Source of the DNA: a virus
Taxonomy: Duplodnaviria; Caudoviricetes
Direction: 5' to 3' (one strand)
IMG/VR virus record: IMGVR_UViG_3300036823_000136
Coordinates: 1 to 61,394 of that record
Length of the DNA: 61,394 nt
The position numbers were made by a program, and so were the translations under genes. The notes beneath the pieces are model-generated. The model did not search any database, had not been told where the DNA came from, and worked only from the letters and a program-made list of their open reading frames with translations. Every line of letters begins with the position of its first letter. The first letter of the stretch is position 1. Below, piece by piece: positions 34,336 through 43,495 of this stretch.

Positions 34336-34565
34336 TTCACCAGCCCCCATTGCCGCGCGACGACGAACCCCTTCGGCGTGTAGTAGTGGGCGATGATCAG
34401 CCCGGCCTCGACCAGCTCGCGGTACGTCTCCTGACCGCGGAGGTCGAGCTTCCCGAAGTCGACGTGTGCGGACTGGTCGTCGGCGATGAGGAGGTCGCCG
34501 CGGATGGCGAGCATGAGCACGGCGGCGCGCTGGGGCGTCCGTTCGAAGGGCTTCGACTTAGCCAT
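34332..34565 (-). CDS. Hypothetical protein, likely paralogous to 34048-34335
   Basis: ELVEAG..TPKGFVVARQWGL. Confidence 0.6.
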   Translation of the reverse strand: MAKSKPFERTPQRAAVLMLAIRGDLLIADDQSAHVDFGKLDLRGQETYRELVEAGLIIAHYYTPKGFVVARQWGLVK

Positions 34566-34953
34566 GGAATGTCCACCACCCGTCGAACCCCTCAGGGATG
34601 GCCGGGAACGCGTCGAGCATCGGCCGGAGGAGGTCCAGGTCATCCTGGATCGCCGAGGGCGCCTGCTCGCCCCAGTACCCCTCACCGTCCCAGCGGCCCG
34701 TGGTGGTGCCGCCGTAGCGGCCGTCGCCGTGGGCCTGAAGGAACTGCTCGGTGGTAACCGGCTCCACGTCCTGGTAGTCCCACAGCGTGCCGATGCACGC
34801 CACGGTGACGCCCTTGCGGCGCCGGAACCAGACGGCGGTGGCTCGGCAGTTCCAGAAGCCGCCGTACTTGGTGGGATTGAACCGCTTGTACAGGCTCCCC
34901 AGGTCGACCGCGTACGGCCGGTGGCTCATGAGGAACCGCTCCTCGCGCTTCAC
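34558..34953 (-). CDS. Hypothetical protein
   Basis: Coupled ORF, Trp/Gly rich. Confidence 0.65.
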   Translation of the reverse strand: MKREERFLMSHRPYAVDLGSLYKRFNPTKYGGFWNCRATAVWFRRRKGVTVACIGTLWDYQDVEPVTTEQFLQAHGDGRYGGTTTGRWDGEGYWGEQAPSAIQDDLDLLRPMLDAFPAIPEGFDGWWTFHG

Positions 34954-35357
34954 TGGTCGCCCCCGAGAATGTCCCGGATGCGAGCGATTGCGTAATCCTG
35001 ATCGCCCATTCCGATCAACCTCTGGCTGTTCAGAACCGAGCGGATCTCGTTGAGCCGGACCGCCTGCTTGCGCTCCCTATGCCTCAGCTCGTCGTACGCC
35101 TTCCGCCACTCCACGTCCGTCTCGACGAGTTCCGCGCGCAAGGCATCGACGCTTCCGAGCTTCACGGCGTCGGCGGGCATCTCGCCCTGGTGGTATTCGG
35201 GAGCAGGAAGCGGCCGCGTTTTGTTGTCGAGCAGGTTCCAGTAACCACCGGCGCCGCTGTTGATGAGCGCTCCCAGTATCGGGCTCCACCACAGCTCGGG
35301 CGTCGCGGGCACGGGGTCCTTCCCGGGGTCCATGCACTGGCCGGTGAACTCGGTCAT
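34950..35357 (-). CDS. Hypothetical protein
   Basis: SD GGAGGGG; coupled. Confidence 0.6.
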   Translation of the reverse strand: MTEFTGQCMDPGKDPVPATPELWWSPILGALINSGAGGYWNLLDNKTRPLPAPEYHQGEMPADAVKLGSVDALRAELVETDVEWRKAYDELRHRERKQAVRLNEIRSVLNSQRLIGMGDQDYAIARIRDILGGDQ

Positions 35358-35527
35358 TTCCCCTCCAAGATGGCGCGGATGGCGTCGAACGCGTCCAGCT
35401 TGTCGAGGAACGCTCCGTTGTCGTAGTCGGCGACTGCTGCACGAGCGTCGGCAATCACGGTCTCGGCGGCGATCAGCTGGTTCTGGGCGGCATTGAAGGC
35501 CTTCTCCAGCCATTCCAACCTGTTCAC
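35354..35527 (-). CDS. 57-aa helical protein
   Basis: MNRLEWLEKAFNAAQNQL..; overlaps both neighbours by 4 nt. Confidence 0.55.
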   Translation of the reverse strand: MNRLEWLEKAFNAAQNQLIAAETVIADARAAVADYDNGAFLDKLDAFDAIRAILEGK

Positions 35528-36222
35528 TTTTCCCCCTTCGGGAACGTGCGCGTGACGGAAGTCCCGCGCTCCTTGATGATCTTCGTGTGGGCGTCGGTGA
35601 CGGTGGCGCTGACCTGGTCCAGCTCCGCCTGAGCCAGCTCCGCCTGGAGCTTCTTGACCTTGGTCACCTGGGGCTCGAACTTGCCCAGGCCGACGAGCGT
35701 CTTCATCACGTCGGCGAGCAGCCCGGCGAGTAGCTCGCGCGAGCGGTCGCCCTGGCCGGAGAACTCCGCCTGGAACAGCTCGAACAGCCGGGCCTTCGCG
35801 TCCGGAGTCTCGATGTGCGCCGCCGCGACGGCGGAGATCAGCGCGTCGAGATCGAACTTGTGCTCGTTGATCAGGTCGGGCCGGACGGTGATGGTGCTGC
35901 CGTCGGTGTCGACGATGGCCAGCAAGCCGTTCGGCACACCGTCGGAGTCCCCGTTCACCGTGAGGAGCGCGTGCTCGCGGAGCACGTCCTTCACGGTGCG
36001 GGCGGTGTCGGTGAAGGCGCGGCCGTAGTCGGTCAGCGTCTCGTTCATCGCACCGAAGCGGCGCACCAGCGCGGCGGCGTCCTCCGGCGTCTTGATCTCC
36101 CCGGCCTTGGCCAGCTCGTCGGCGAGCACCGAATCCACGCCGTCGCGGAGAGCGCGGCGGAGGTCAGGCGTCGCGGGAAGCTGGCGGCCGTCGTGCAGGA
36201 CCAGTTCGTTCTCGTCGGTCAC
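35524..36222 (-). CDS. Hypothetical protein
   Basis: Long helical ORF; coupled. Confidence 0.7.
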   Translation of the reverse strand: MTDENELVLHDGRQLPATPDLRRALRDGVDSVLADELAKAGEIKTPEDAAALVRRFGAMNETLTDYGRAFTDTARTVKDVLREHALLTVNGDSDGVPNGLLAIVDTDGSTITVRPDLINEHKFDLDALISAVAAAHIETPDAKARLFELFQAEFSGQGDRSRELLAGLLADVMKTLVGLGKFEPQVTKVKKLQAELAQAELDQVSATVTDAHTKIIKERGTSVTRTFPKGEK

Positions 36223-36494
36223 TTGCGGCTCATTCCCTTCGAGTACTCCACGAGCACGTCGCGCGTGGGGTCGTAGCCCGGCGTGTCCAAGACGGCGGCG
36301 ACGACACAGCACAGGCAGGACTCGTTGATCTGTCGGCCATCCCGAGTCGGGACGTAGATGGTGGCCTCGACGACGTTCCCGATCGTCGAGCAGACGGGGC
36401 AGGCCGCGCCGAAGTCGTCGACCTGGTCGGTCCAGACTTCGCGGTATTCCACAGTGACGGACGGGCTGCCGGTAAGGCTGATCGTGGTGGACAT
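36219..36494 (-). CDS. Small Cys-containing protein (probably leaderless)
   Basis: CPVC and CLCC; ATG 6 nt after TACGAT. Confidence 0.7.
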   Translation of the reverse strand: MSTTISLTGSPSVTVEYREVWTDQVDDFGAACPVCSTIGNVVEATIYVPTRDGRQINESCLCCVVAAVLDTPGYDPTRDVLVEYSKGMSRK

Positions 36495-36506
36495 GGGTTG
36501 ATCGTA

Positions 36507-36523
36507 CCCCCCATTTTAGGGGG
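36507..36523 (-). promoter_or_regulatory. Operator 12 in promoter TTGTGT-N17-TACGAT
   Basis: CCCCCCATTTTAGGGGG. Confidence 0.8.
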
Positions 36524-36614
36524 ACACAAGTAACCCCCCGGCATCCGCGACCGGGGGGCTACTTCTCAAGCTGGAGCGCGAGGTGTGCAGTCACCTCGTG
36601 GCCGCTCCGTCAGA

Positions 36615-37151
36615 TCAGAAAGGCGGCTCGTCGGGGAAGCCGGCGCCACCACCGCCGCCGCGGGAGAAGCCGCCGCCCTGGGGCGCGCTGCCCCACGGGT
36701 CGTCGGCGGGCGGGCGACCGCCGTACTGACCGCCGCCGCCCTGCTGGTTCCCGCGGTTCTGCTGGCGCTCGTAGCTGTCCCCGCCGCCGCGCTGCACGCG
36801 CTTCACGGCAACCTGGGCCCAGCGAAGCTCGGGGCCGATGCCGTCCACCTGGACCTCCAGGGTGTACCGCTTGCCGCCCTCCTTGTCCTCCCAGGGGCGG
36901 TTCTCCAGGCGTCCGGTCACGATGACGCGGTCGCCCTTACCGAGGCTCTCCGCGACGTTCTCAGCCTCTTCACGCCAGATGTTGCAGCGATACCAGGTCG
37001 TGTCGCCGTCGAGCCATTCGCCGGCCTGGTTCTTCTTCCGCGCGCCGACGGCGACACTGACCGTGCAGACGGCCACGCCGCCCGACGTGAACCGCAGCTC
37101 GGGGTCGCCGCCAAGGCTCCCGATGAAGGTGATGGTGGCCTCTCCAGCCAT
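36615..37151 (-). CDS. ssb: Single-stranded DNA-binding protein
   Basis: G.L..DPELRFT.GG.AV; acidic tail DEPPF. Confidence 0.95.
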   Translation of the reverse strand: MAGEATITFIGSLGGDPELRFTSGGVAVCTVSVAVGARKKNQAGEWLDGDTTWYRCNIWREEAENVAESLGKGDRVIVTGRLENRPWEDKEGGKRYTLEVQVDGIGPELRWAQVAVKRVQRGGGDSYERQQNRGNQQGGGGQYGGRPPADDPWGSAPQGGGFSRGGGGGAGFPDEPPF

Positions 37152-37190
37152 GACGTTCTTCCTCTCGATGGTGCTGCTTGGGCAGGACGG

Positions 37191-38243
37191 TCAGTGCTCC
37201 CAGGGGCGCGCCGGGGGCGGCTCCTGGTTCCGGGGCGACGTGCCCAGGGTGTTCCCCATGCTGACGCCCAGCGAACGGGCGACGGACTGGAAGCCGGACA
37301 GCTGGGAGCGGAGGTTGTGCTGGTTCCCCTGGAGTGCCTTGACCAGCATTTTCGCCTCACCGGCCTCGTACTGCTCGTCCGCCGACGCGAGCCAGGCCTC
37401 AGCCTCCTGCTGCTTCTGGTTCTTCGCGTCCGACTTGGCCAGCGCCAGGTTGTACTTCAGGTTGAGATCGTGCTCTGCGGCGTGCAGGCGCCCCATCTGC
37501 TGGCGGAGGAACACCTCGCTGTTCTCCAGCTGCTCCAGAATGGAGACGATCTTCAGCTCCACGTCCTGGGGCGTGTAGAGCACGGTCGGGTCCAGCGCGG
37601 GCAACTTCTTCGTCAGCGGGTCCAGGGTGTGCTCACCCTCGCGTGGGACGATGGGCACGCCGGTACCGGGCCTCGGTGCCTCGCGCCGGGCGAGATCCGT
37701 GCTCACGGTGTCCGGCTCGCCCGGCTCCGGTCCGTCGTGCAGCCCGGCGCGGAACTCGTGGCCGTAGTCGAGCGGCGCCGCCTGAGCTTCGTCCGGCTCG
37801 TCCTCGACGCGGTCGATCTCGGCAGGAACCGCGGCCACGGCAGCGATGACCTCCTCGACGACCTCGGCATCCACCGTCTCGGGCTCGACAGAGTCCTGAG
37901 TGGACTGTCCGTAGACTCCGAAGGCGCCCTGCACCACGGCCTCCTTGCTCGCGTAGTCGTCCTGCACCGGCTCGCCCGCGACGCTCCGGACCTCAGCCTC
38001 AGCCTCGACCTTGCGCCGGGCGGCGTCCACCTTCTCCTGGGCGTCGCGCTTCATCCGAACTGACAGCGGCTCTTCCTCGAACTCCGGCAGCTCGTACTCG
38101 ACAGCGTCGGGCGGCTCGTCCTCCATCGGGAAGCCCAGCGTCTCGCCGCACGCGCAGACGAAGCCGTCGGTGGCGCTGAAGCTCGTGGAGCCCTCGTGGT
38201 CGGCGTGCTCCGGCCAGTACTCAGCGATCTTGTTGCTCGTCAC
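37191..38243 (-). CDS. Acidic hypothetical protein with C-terminal coiled coil
   Basis: Lies between ERF and SSB. Confidence 0.7.
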   Translation of the reverse strand: MTSNKIAEYWPEHADHEGSTSFSATDGFVCACGETLGFPMEDEPPDAVEYELPEFEEEPLSVRMKRDAQEKVDAARRKVEAEAEVRSVAGEPVQDDYASKEAVVQGAFGVYGQSTQDSVEPETVDAEVVEEVIAAVAAVPAEIDRVEDEPDEAQAAPLDYGHEFRAGLHDGPEPGEPDTVSTDLARREAPRPGTGVPIVPREGEHTLDPLTKKLPALDPTVLYTPQDVELKIVSILEQLENSEVFLRQQMGRLHAAEHDLNLKYNLALAKSDAKNQKQQEAEAWLASADEQYEAGEAKMLVKALQGNQHNLRSQLSGFQSVARSLGVSMGNTLGTSPRNQEPPPARPWEH

Positions 38244-39058
38244 TGGGCACCACCGGCGGGCATCGCGGTGTTCGGGTCGATGCCGAAGTTCCCCAGGCGC
38301 GCGCGGATGTGCTTCTCCAGCGGCAGGCCGCCGACCTCGAACCCGAGCATGCCGCGCTGGGCGGAGTAGGCGTGCACCTGGTTGATCCGCGCCACGGTCA
38401 GCTCCGGGTCGTTCAGCTGGCGACCGACCCAGTCGGAGAACTCGATGCGCTTCTCCGGCGTCATGCTGCCGTCGGGCGCGCCGGTGGTGTCACCGCGCTG
38501 CTCCGCCTGGCGCCGCTCGCGGGCCTCGGACTGGGCACGCTGGTAACCCTGACCACCACCGGTCGGCTGGGCGAAATCGCCGGGGCGCTCGCTGTCCGGG
38601 TCCGGGTCGTCGGTGGCGATCATGAACGCCTGGGTGAGCGCCGACTTCATGGCCATGGTCATCGCCTTGGCTGACGATTTGTCGCTGGAGTCCTTGCCCT
38701 CGCCGATCGAGCCGACCGTCAGCATGGTGCCGTCGACCAAGCTCGTGAAGGTGTACTCCATCGTCACCCACACCGAGGTCCACATGGTGTAGCCGGAGCC
38801 CTCCTTGTACGGCTTCTTGTCCTCGGACCGCTCGCGCGAGACCACGCGGGACTGGACGAACACGCCGTGGTCGCGGAAGGCCTGCCCCAGCGCGGCGGCG
38901 GTGTCCTCGAACCGGCGGAAGGCGTACTTCGTGCCACCACTCCGCTTGCCGTCGTCGTACTGCCCGGCCTTGGGAACGTAGGTGACTTGCTGCATGACGG
39001 CCGCGACGGCGGCGAGGATCTTGGGCGCGCCGTCGGGCGCGGAGTCCTGGGCAGGCAC
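38240..39058 (-). CDS. erf: ERF-family single-strand annealing recombinase
   Basis: V.K.G..Y.FR..ED; GEG.D..DK...KAMT.A.K.AL...F.I.T..DPD. Confidence 0.88.
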   Translation of the reverse strand: MPAQDSAPDGAPKILAAVAAVMQQVTYVPKAGQYDDGKRSGGTKYAFRRFEDTAAALGQAFRDHGVFVQSRVVSRERSEDKKPYKEGSGYTMWTSVWVTMEYTFTSLVDGTMLTVGSIGEGKDSSDKSSAKAMTMAMKSALTQAFMIATDDPDPDSERPGDFAQPTGGGQGYQRAQSEARERRQAEQRGDTTGAPDGSMTPEKRIEFSDWVGRQLNDPELTVARINQVHAYSAQRGMLGFEVGGLPLEKHIRARLGNFGIDPNTAMPAGGAQ

Positions 39059-39064
39059 GGTGTG

Positions 39065-39580
39065 TTACTCGCTCTCGTTCGGGTTGATGATGACGCCCTT
39101 GTCGACGTAGATCTTGAGCAGGTCTTCGACGGTCGCCGGGACGGACTTCCCGGCGGCCTCGATGCTCTTGAACGCGGCCGTCTTCTGGTCCTTCGGCACC
39201 CGGAAACGGATGCGCTCCCGGTCCTCGCCGTACTCGCGCGGCTTGATCTTGCCCACGCCCAGTTCGCGCGCCTCGTCGCTGTCGGTGCTGAGAACCTCGG
39301 TCGGGTACTCGATACCGGCGGCGGCGTCGCGCGCGGCCTGCTCGGTGGCGAAGATGGTGCCTTCCCACCGGGGCTTCTTGTGCTGGGTCACGGCGATGAC
39401 CCAGCCCACGATGGGCACCGCTTCGGCGGCAGCCTGGAACAGCGCGGCACGAGCCACACTGGCCAAGGTCTGACCCTGAAGAAGTGCCCGCTTCATGGCG
39501 GCCTCGTACACGTCCAGCTGAATCCACAGCTCGACGGACACGCGGCCGGCCTCCTCCGGGGCTGTCGTTGCGTTGTCCAT
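39065..39580 (-). CDS. Tandem ribbon-helix-helix DNA-binding protein (candidate repressor)
   Basis: VSVELWIQLDVYEAAMKRA..GQTLASVARAAL and IRFRVPKDQKTAAF..AGKSVPATVEDLL; leaderless from an operator-bearing promoter. Confidence 0.7.
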   Translation of the reverse strand: MDNATTAPEEAGRVSVELWIQLDVYEAAMKRALLQGQTLASVARAALFQAAAEAVPIVGWVIAVTQHKKPRWEGTIFATEQAARDAAAGIEYPTEVLSTDSDEARELGVGKIKPREYGEDRERIRFRVPKDQKTAAFKSIEAAGKSVPATVEDLLKIYVDKGVIINPNESE

Positions 39581-39592
39581 ACGAGCATCTTA

Positions 39593-39609
39593 CCCCCTAT
39601 GATGGGGGG
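39593..39609 (-). promoter_or_regulatory. Operator 13 abutting TAAGAT -10 of the RHH gene, between divergent genes
   Basis: CCCCCTATGATGGGGGG. Confidence 0.8.
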
Positions 39610-39637
39610 TAACACAAGCCCGACACCTGGAGCGATC

Positions 39638-40033
39638 ATGGCGAAACGTCCTGCCCCGAACTGGCGCGAACTGCGCGAACGGCTCTGGATGCGCAGCAAC
39701 GGGTATTGCGAGGTCAGCGGCGTACCGCTCGACTTCGACACCTTCGACGCGCACCACCGGCGGAACAAGCAGATGGGCGGCACGTACCGCCTGGACACCG
39801 ACACCCTGGCCAACCTGATCGCGGTGGACCCGATCGTGCACAACGGCCACCGGAACTCGATCCACCAGGCTCCGCTCTGGTCGCGCCCGCGCGGCTACCT
39901 GCTCCACGGGAACTCGGTACCCGGCGACGAGCCGATCCTCTACCGCGGCCAGACTTGGCTCCTGCTTAACGCCGGGGGCACGCACGAAGTCCTCACGCCG
40001 GACGATCCGCGCGTCGCCGACCGCCTGGCTTGA
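39638..40033 (+). CDS. HNH-like endonuclease
   Basis: RS.GYCE..HHR...MGG..NL..H..IH..P..S...GYL. Confidence 0.75.
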   Translation: MAKRPAPNWRELRERLWMRSNGYCEVSGVPLDFDTFDAHHRRNKQMGGTYRLDTDTLANLIAVDPIVHNGHRNSIHQAPLWSRPRGYLLHGNSVPGDEPILYRGQTWLLLNAGGTHEVLTPDDPRVADRLA

Positions 40034-40040
40034 TCAGCGA

Positions 40041-40076
40041 GAAGCCCCCACTCCTCGCCGTAGGAGTGGGGGCTTC
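40041..40076. terminator. Bidirectional terminator
   Basis: 15-bp perfect stem GAAGCCCCCACTCCT. Confidence 0.8.
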
Positions 40077-40145
40077 ATCGTCACCATGCCTGCCCAGGCA
40101 CGAGCCACCTTGTCCAGGGGGGCCGGACCCAAGTGTAAGGCTCGA

Positions 40146-42599
40146 TCAGCTGAAAGTGCGCAAGGTGAGCGTCTGCTTCACGCCGTTTTGCGCATCCGCT
40201 GTTTCGTTGATCCCGACCACCGACGCGTAGATCGGACCGCCCATCCCGCCCGCGTCGTCGATCGTCACCACGTCCTGGAGCTGGAGCCGCGGGTCGCCGA
40301 CGATGCTCGCGCTCTGGAAGTAGGGCTGAGCCTGCTTCACGTCGGCGAGCAGCGACGGCGCGAGCAGGCCGCCGATGGTCAGCGCGTCCTGGTGCCAATC
40401 GTCCTGGGGCAGCGAGAGGTTCCGATCGCCGAACTGGGCCTGGCTGGCGGAGTCCATGATCGAAGCAGAGCCCGAGGAGTCGGCCACCAGGATGATGCCC
40501 TTCACGTGGAGAAACGGCGTCGTGTCCTCCACCGACTCCTGCATGGTCGTCGCGGCGTCGTTGGTGATGAACACGCGCATGTGCCGCTGGTTCTGGTCGC
40601 CGGTGGTCCAGCCGGCCCAGGCGTAGACGTTCACGCCGGTGCCGACCGGCGGGCATCCGCTCGGATCGCCGTTGTTGCCAGGCTGGTGGCCGGCGTAGCC
40701 GTCGAGCCAGAAGTCCGGCTTGTAGAAGTTCATCACGTCCTTGCAGGCGAAGCCGCCGCCGGAGATGCTGCCCTGGGTCTGGGGGTGCCAGCTCACCTGA
40801 CCCACGCGGATGGACTGCACGCCCGACAGCGTGATGACGCCGGTGCGGTTGGAGTGCGCGCCGGTGAGCCACTGCCCCGGGTCGGTGGTGGCGTAGGCGA
40901 CGCCGTCCTGAGCCACCTTCGTCTGGACGAAGTACGTGATCCGGTTGATGATCGAATCGAAGGTGGTCTGCGGGTTGATCTCGTCCATGTCGTCGATGCT
41001 CAGCGTCCGCACCGACAGGCCGCCGGAGTGCTTGGCCTGGATGTTCAGCCGGTTGGCGAAGTGCATCACCCCGAACTCGTCGGCGGCCAACGAGCCCATG
41101 TCCGCGGAAGCGGCCGCCTTGAGCACCTCCCAGGACTCCACGCTCTGGAGGTCCGGCAGCCAGTTCAGGCGCATGACCGAGGTATCGATCTGGGCCCGCG
41201 GGTTCGCCTGGTCCTTCGGCCAGGTGACGCTGCCGGATGCGGTGTCCGGCATCCACCAGAGCTGCCAGTACTGGCACGGGCCGTTGATGGCCAGCGTGAC
41301 GTAGTTGGTGTTCGTGGTGTCGAACCCGCGGGTGACCGACGTGATGCCGCCCGACGTGCCGCCGGTGCCGCGGTTGGTGATCGTGCCGTCCACGTTCGAG
41401 AAGAGCGTGATCGAGGTCGACACGAACGAATAGTCCACGGCGATGTAGTGCCAGCCGGTGGTGAGGCCCGACGGCGTGAAGGACCAGTTCCACATCTTGA
41501 CCTGGCCGGAGTTCTGCACGTAGCCGGTGACGAGGCCGGTCTGGTGCGAGACGGACAGCGACATTAGCGCCGGCTGAGCCTCGGTGGGTGACCGCCGCTG
41601 CTCCAGGAGCACCGTCATTGAGCTGGTCTGGGCGATCGCCGAATCGATGTACACCCAGCCGCCCAGCGCGAGCTGGTTCGCTCCGTTGGTCGGCGCCGGG
41701 GCGGCCACGAGCACCGCGGCGGACGTGTGGGCGGCGCACGTGTTGAACAGCCGGAGCCCGGTCGGATCGAGCCCACGCGGCTTCAGCGCCTGACCGTACC
41801 GGCCAGCGACGTAGTTGTCGGTCGGGTAGCCCGTCGACGAGTCGGGCGCCGGCGGGGTGATGTACGACGAGACGTTGAAGGCGGACCCGTTGTTGATCAG
41901 GTCGGCATCCTCGATACCGATAGTGCCGATTTCCGGCAGGAAGCCGTGGCACAGCGGCCAGCTCAGCACCGCGTTCGCGTGCGGCGCCGGGCCCTCGTAG
42001 ACACCGGAGCTACGGAGCGTGTACTCCAGCACCCACGACAGCGGCAGCGTGCCGCGGTCGACGCTGATGCCGTACTTCGGCCCGGCGCCCTGGGCCCACA
42101 CGGGCAGCGTGACCGGGTTGGTCAGGATGCCGGAGAGGTCGGTGCACGTCACGACCACGTTGCCGTCCTTGCGGCTGGGCAGCGCGCCCTGGATGAACCC
42201 GGTGAAGCGCCGGACCGCTGTGGTTCCGGTGGACGTTTTGACGAGCAGGTTCAGGTACATCGGAGTGCCGACGGCGCCGATCGTGCCCGGCCAGAAGCCG
42301 GAGTAGGGCGAGAACATCCGCCATACCGGCGTGCCGTCGGCCACGGCGCCCTCCAGCGTGATCTGGAGCTGGGCCCCGGAGTAGCCCTCGGTCACTTCGA
42401 GCTTGTCGGGGAACGCGCCGGTCAGCTGCCGGTCGACGGTGTACGACGAGTAGTTGTCGGACAGGTCGTTGTTGGTGTAGCTGTAGCTGCCGTCGCGCTG
42501 CCAGTCGAACCTCAGCTCCACGCCGAAGTACCGCTTCTGGCCGGGCGCGAGCGCGTCGGCCAGCGCAAGCGAGGTGGGCGACCCGTCGTTGAATTGCAT
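40146..42599 (-). CDS. Minor tail protein (baseplate hub-like, with lectin-like insert)
   Basis: Second gene after tape measure; GWHYIAV; GDPRLQL.D.V. Confidence 0.75.
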   Translation of the reverse strand: MQFNDGSPTSLALADALAPGQKRYFGVELRFDWQRDGSYSYTNNDLSDNYSSYTVDRQLTGAFPDKLEVTEGYSGAQLQITLEGAVADGTPVWRMFSPYSGFWPGTIGAVGTPMYLNLLVKTSTGTTAVRRFTGFIQGALPSRKDGNVVVTCTDLSGILTNPVTLPVWAQGAGPKYGISVDRGTLPLSWVLEYTLRSSGVYEGPAPHANAVLSWPLCHGFLPEIGTIGIEDADLINNGSAFNVSSYITPPAPDSSTGYPTDNYVAGRYGQALKPRGLDPTGLRLFNTCAAHTSAAVLVAAPAPTNGANQLALGGWVYIDSAIAQTSSMTVLLEQRRSPTEAQPALMSLSVSHQTGLVTGYVQNSGQVKMWNWSFTPSGLTTGWHYIAVDYSFVSTSITLFSNVDGTITNRGTGGTSGGITSVTRGFDTTNTNYVTLAINGPCQYWQLWWMPDTASGSVTWPKDQANPRAQIDTSVMRLNWLPDLQSVESWEVLKAAASADMGSLAADEFGVMHFANRLNIQAKHSGGLSVRTLSIDDMDEINPQTTFDSIINRITYFVQTKVAQDGVAYATTDPGQWLTGAHSNRTGVITLSGVQSIRVGQVSWHPQTQGSISGGGFACKDVMNFYKPDFWLDGYAGHQPGNNGDPSGCPPVGTGVNVYAWAGWTTGDQNQRHMRVFITNDAATTMQESVEDTTPFLHVKGIILVADSSGSASIMDSASQAQFGDRNLSLPQDDWHQDALTIGGLLAPSLLADVKQAQPYFQSASIVGDPRLQLQDVVTIDDAGGMGGPIYASVVGINETADAQNGVKQTLTLRTFS

Positions 42600-42612
42600 G
42601 GTGCCTCCGGCG

Positions 42613-43491
42613 TCAGGCTTCGAGCAGGGCGAGCGAGCCGGACGTGCGGGTGCCCAGGTACTCGCTGTGCTGGGGGAAGTCGTTCACGATGACCTTCGGA
42701 ACGCCCGTCCCGAGAACCCAGGCCCGCGGCGTGTCCGTAGTGGCGCGCTGCCCCTCCAGCTGGCAGGCCAGCACCACCGTGGTCCCGGCGGCCGTGAGGT
42801 TGAACGTCGGCATGACGGCCTGGACGGTGCCGTTGGTGGGCACGGTGTAGCGGATGTACTTCCGGGTGGCGTCCGTCGGGTCGGTGAGCACGGTGACCGT
42901 GACCGTGGTGGGACTGGCGCCCGGTGTGGCGTAGGTCAGGATGCCAGGCGTGGCGGAGCCGGAGATCAGGTAGAAGCTGAAGATCACCGTCTCGCCGGGG
43001 ATCACCGGGATCACCGTCTTGCCGCATGCCACCGCGCCGGCCGCGGTCGCTACCCACTTCGCCGCGAAGGACGGGCCCGGCGTCGTCTCGGTGGTGGTGG
43101 TCACGTCAACCCGCTGGCTCGTGAGCATCAGCTTCGTGTTCGCCTGGGCGGAGACGACGCCGTTCGGCGCCACGAACGGCACGGTGCGCGAATAGCTCGA
43201 CATCGTGTCGGCGACCGCCGCGTGCAACACGTTCATCCGCCGCGGGTCGCGCAGGAAGTACGGCCCCGCGATCGAGCCGCGGTACAGCATCTCGAACCAG
43301 CTCAGCGCCCGCCGGTCCATGCCGTCCAACGGGATGTTGAACGAGCGCTTCCAGCCGAACACGTCCTTCGTGTGCATCCCGGACAGCGGCTCCTGGAGCG
43401 CGCCGAACTCCACCATGCCGGAGTCGAAACCGTCCGCGCCCACGTCCATCGCCATCAGCCGTCCGTACGGTCCGACGTAGATCAGGCCCAT
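42613..43491 (-). CDS. Minor tail protein (distal tail-like)
   Basis: Directly after tape measure; GPY..RDP..N.L. Confidence 0.7.
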   Translation of the reverse strand: MGLIYVGPYGRLMAMDVGADGFDSGMVEFGALQEPLSGMHTKDVFGWKRSFNIPLDGMDRRALSWFEMLYRGSIAGPYFLRDPRRMNVLHAAVADTMSSYSRTVPFVAPNGVVSAQANTKLMLTSQRVDVTTTTETTPGPSFAAKWVATAAGAVACGKTVIPVIPGETVIFSFYLISGSATPGILTYATPGASPTTVTVTVLTDPTDATRKYIRYTVPTNGTVQAVMPTFNLTAAGTTVVLACQLEGQRATTDTPRAWVLGTGVPKVIVNDFPQHSEYLGTRTSGSLALLEA

Positions 43492-43495
43492 GGCT

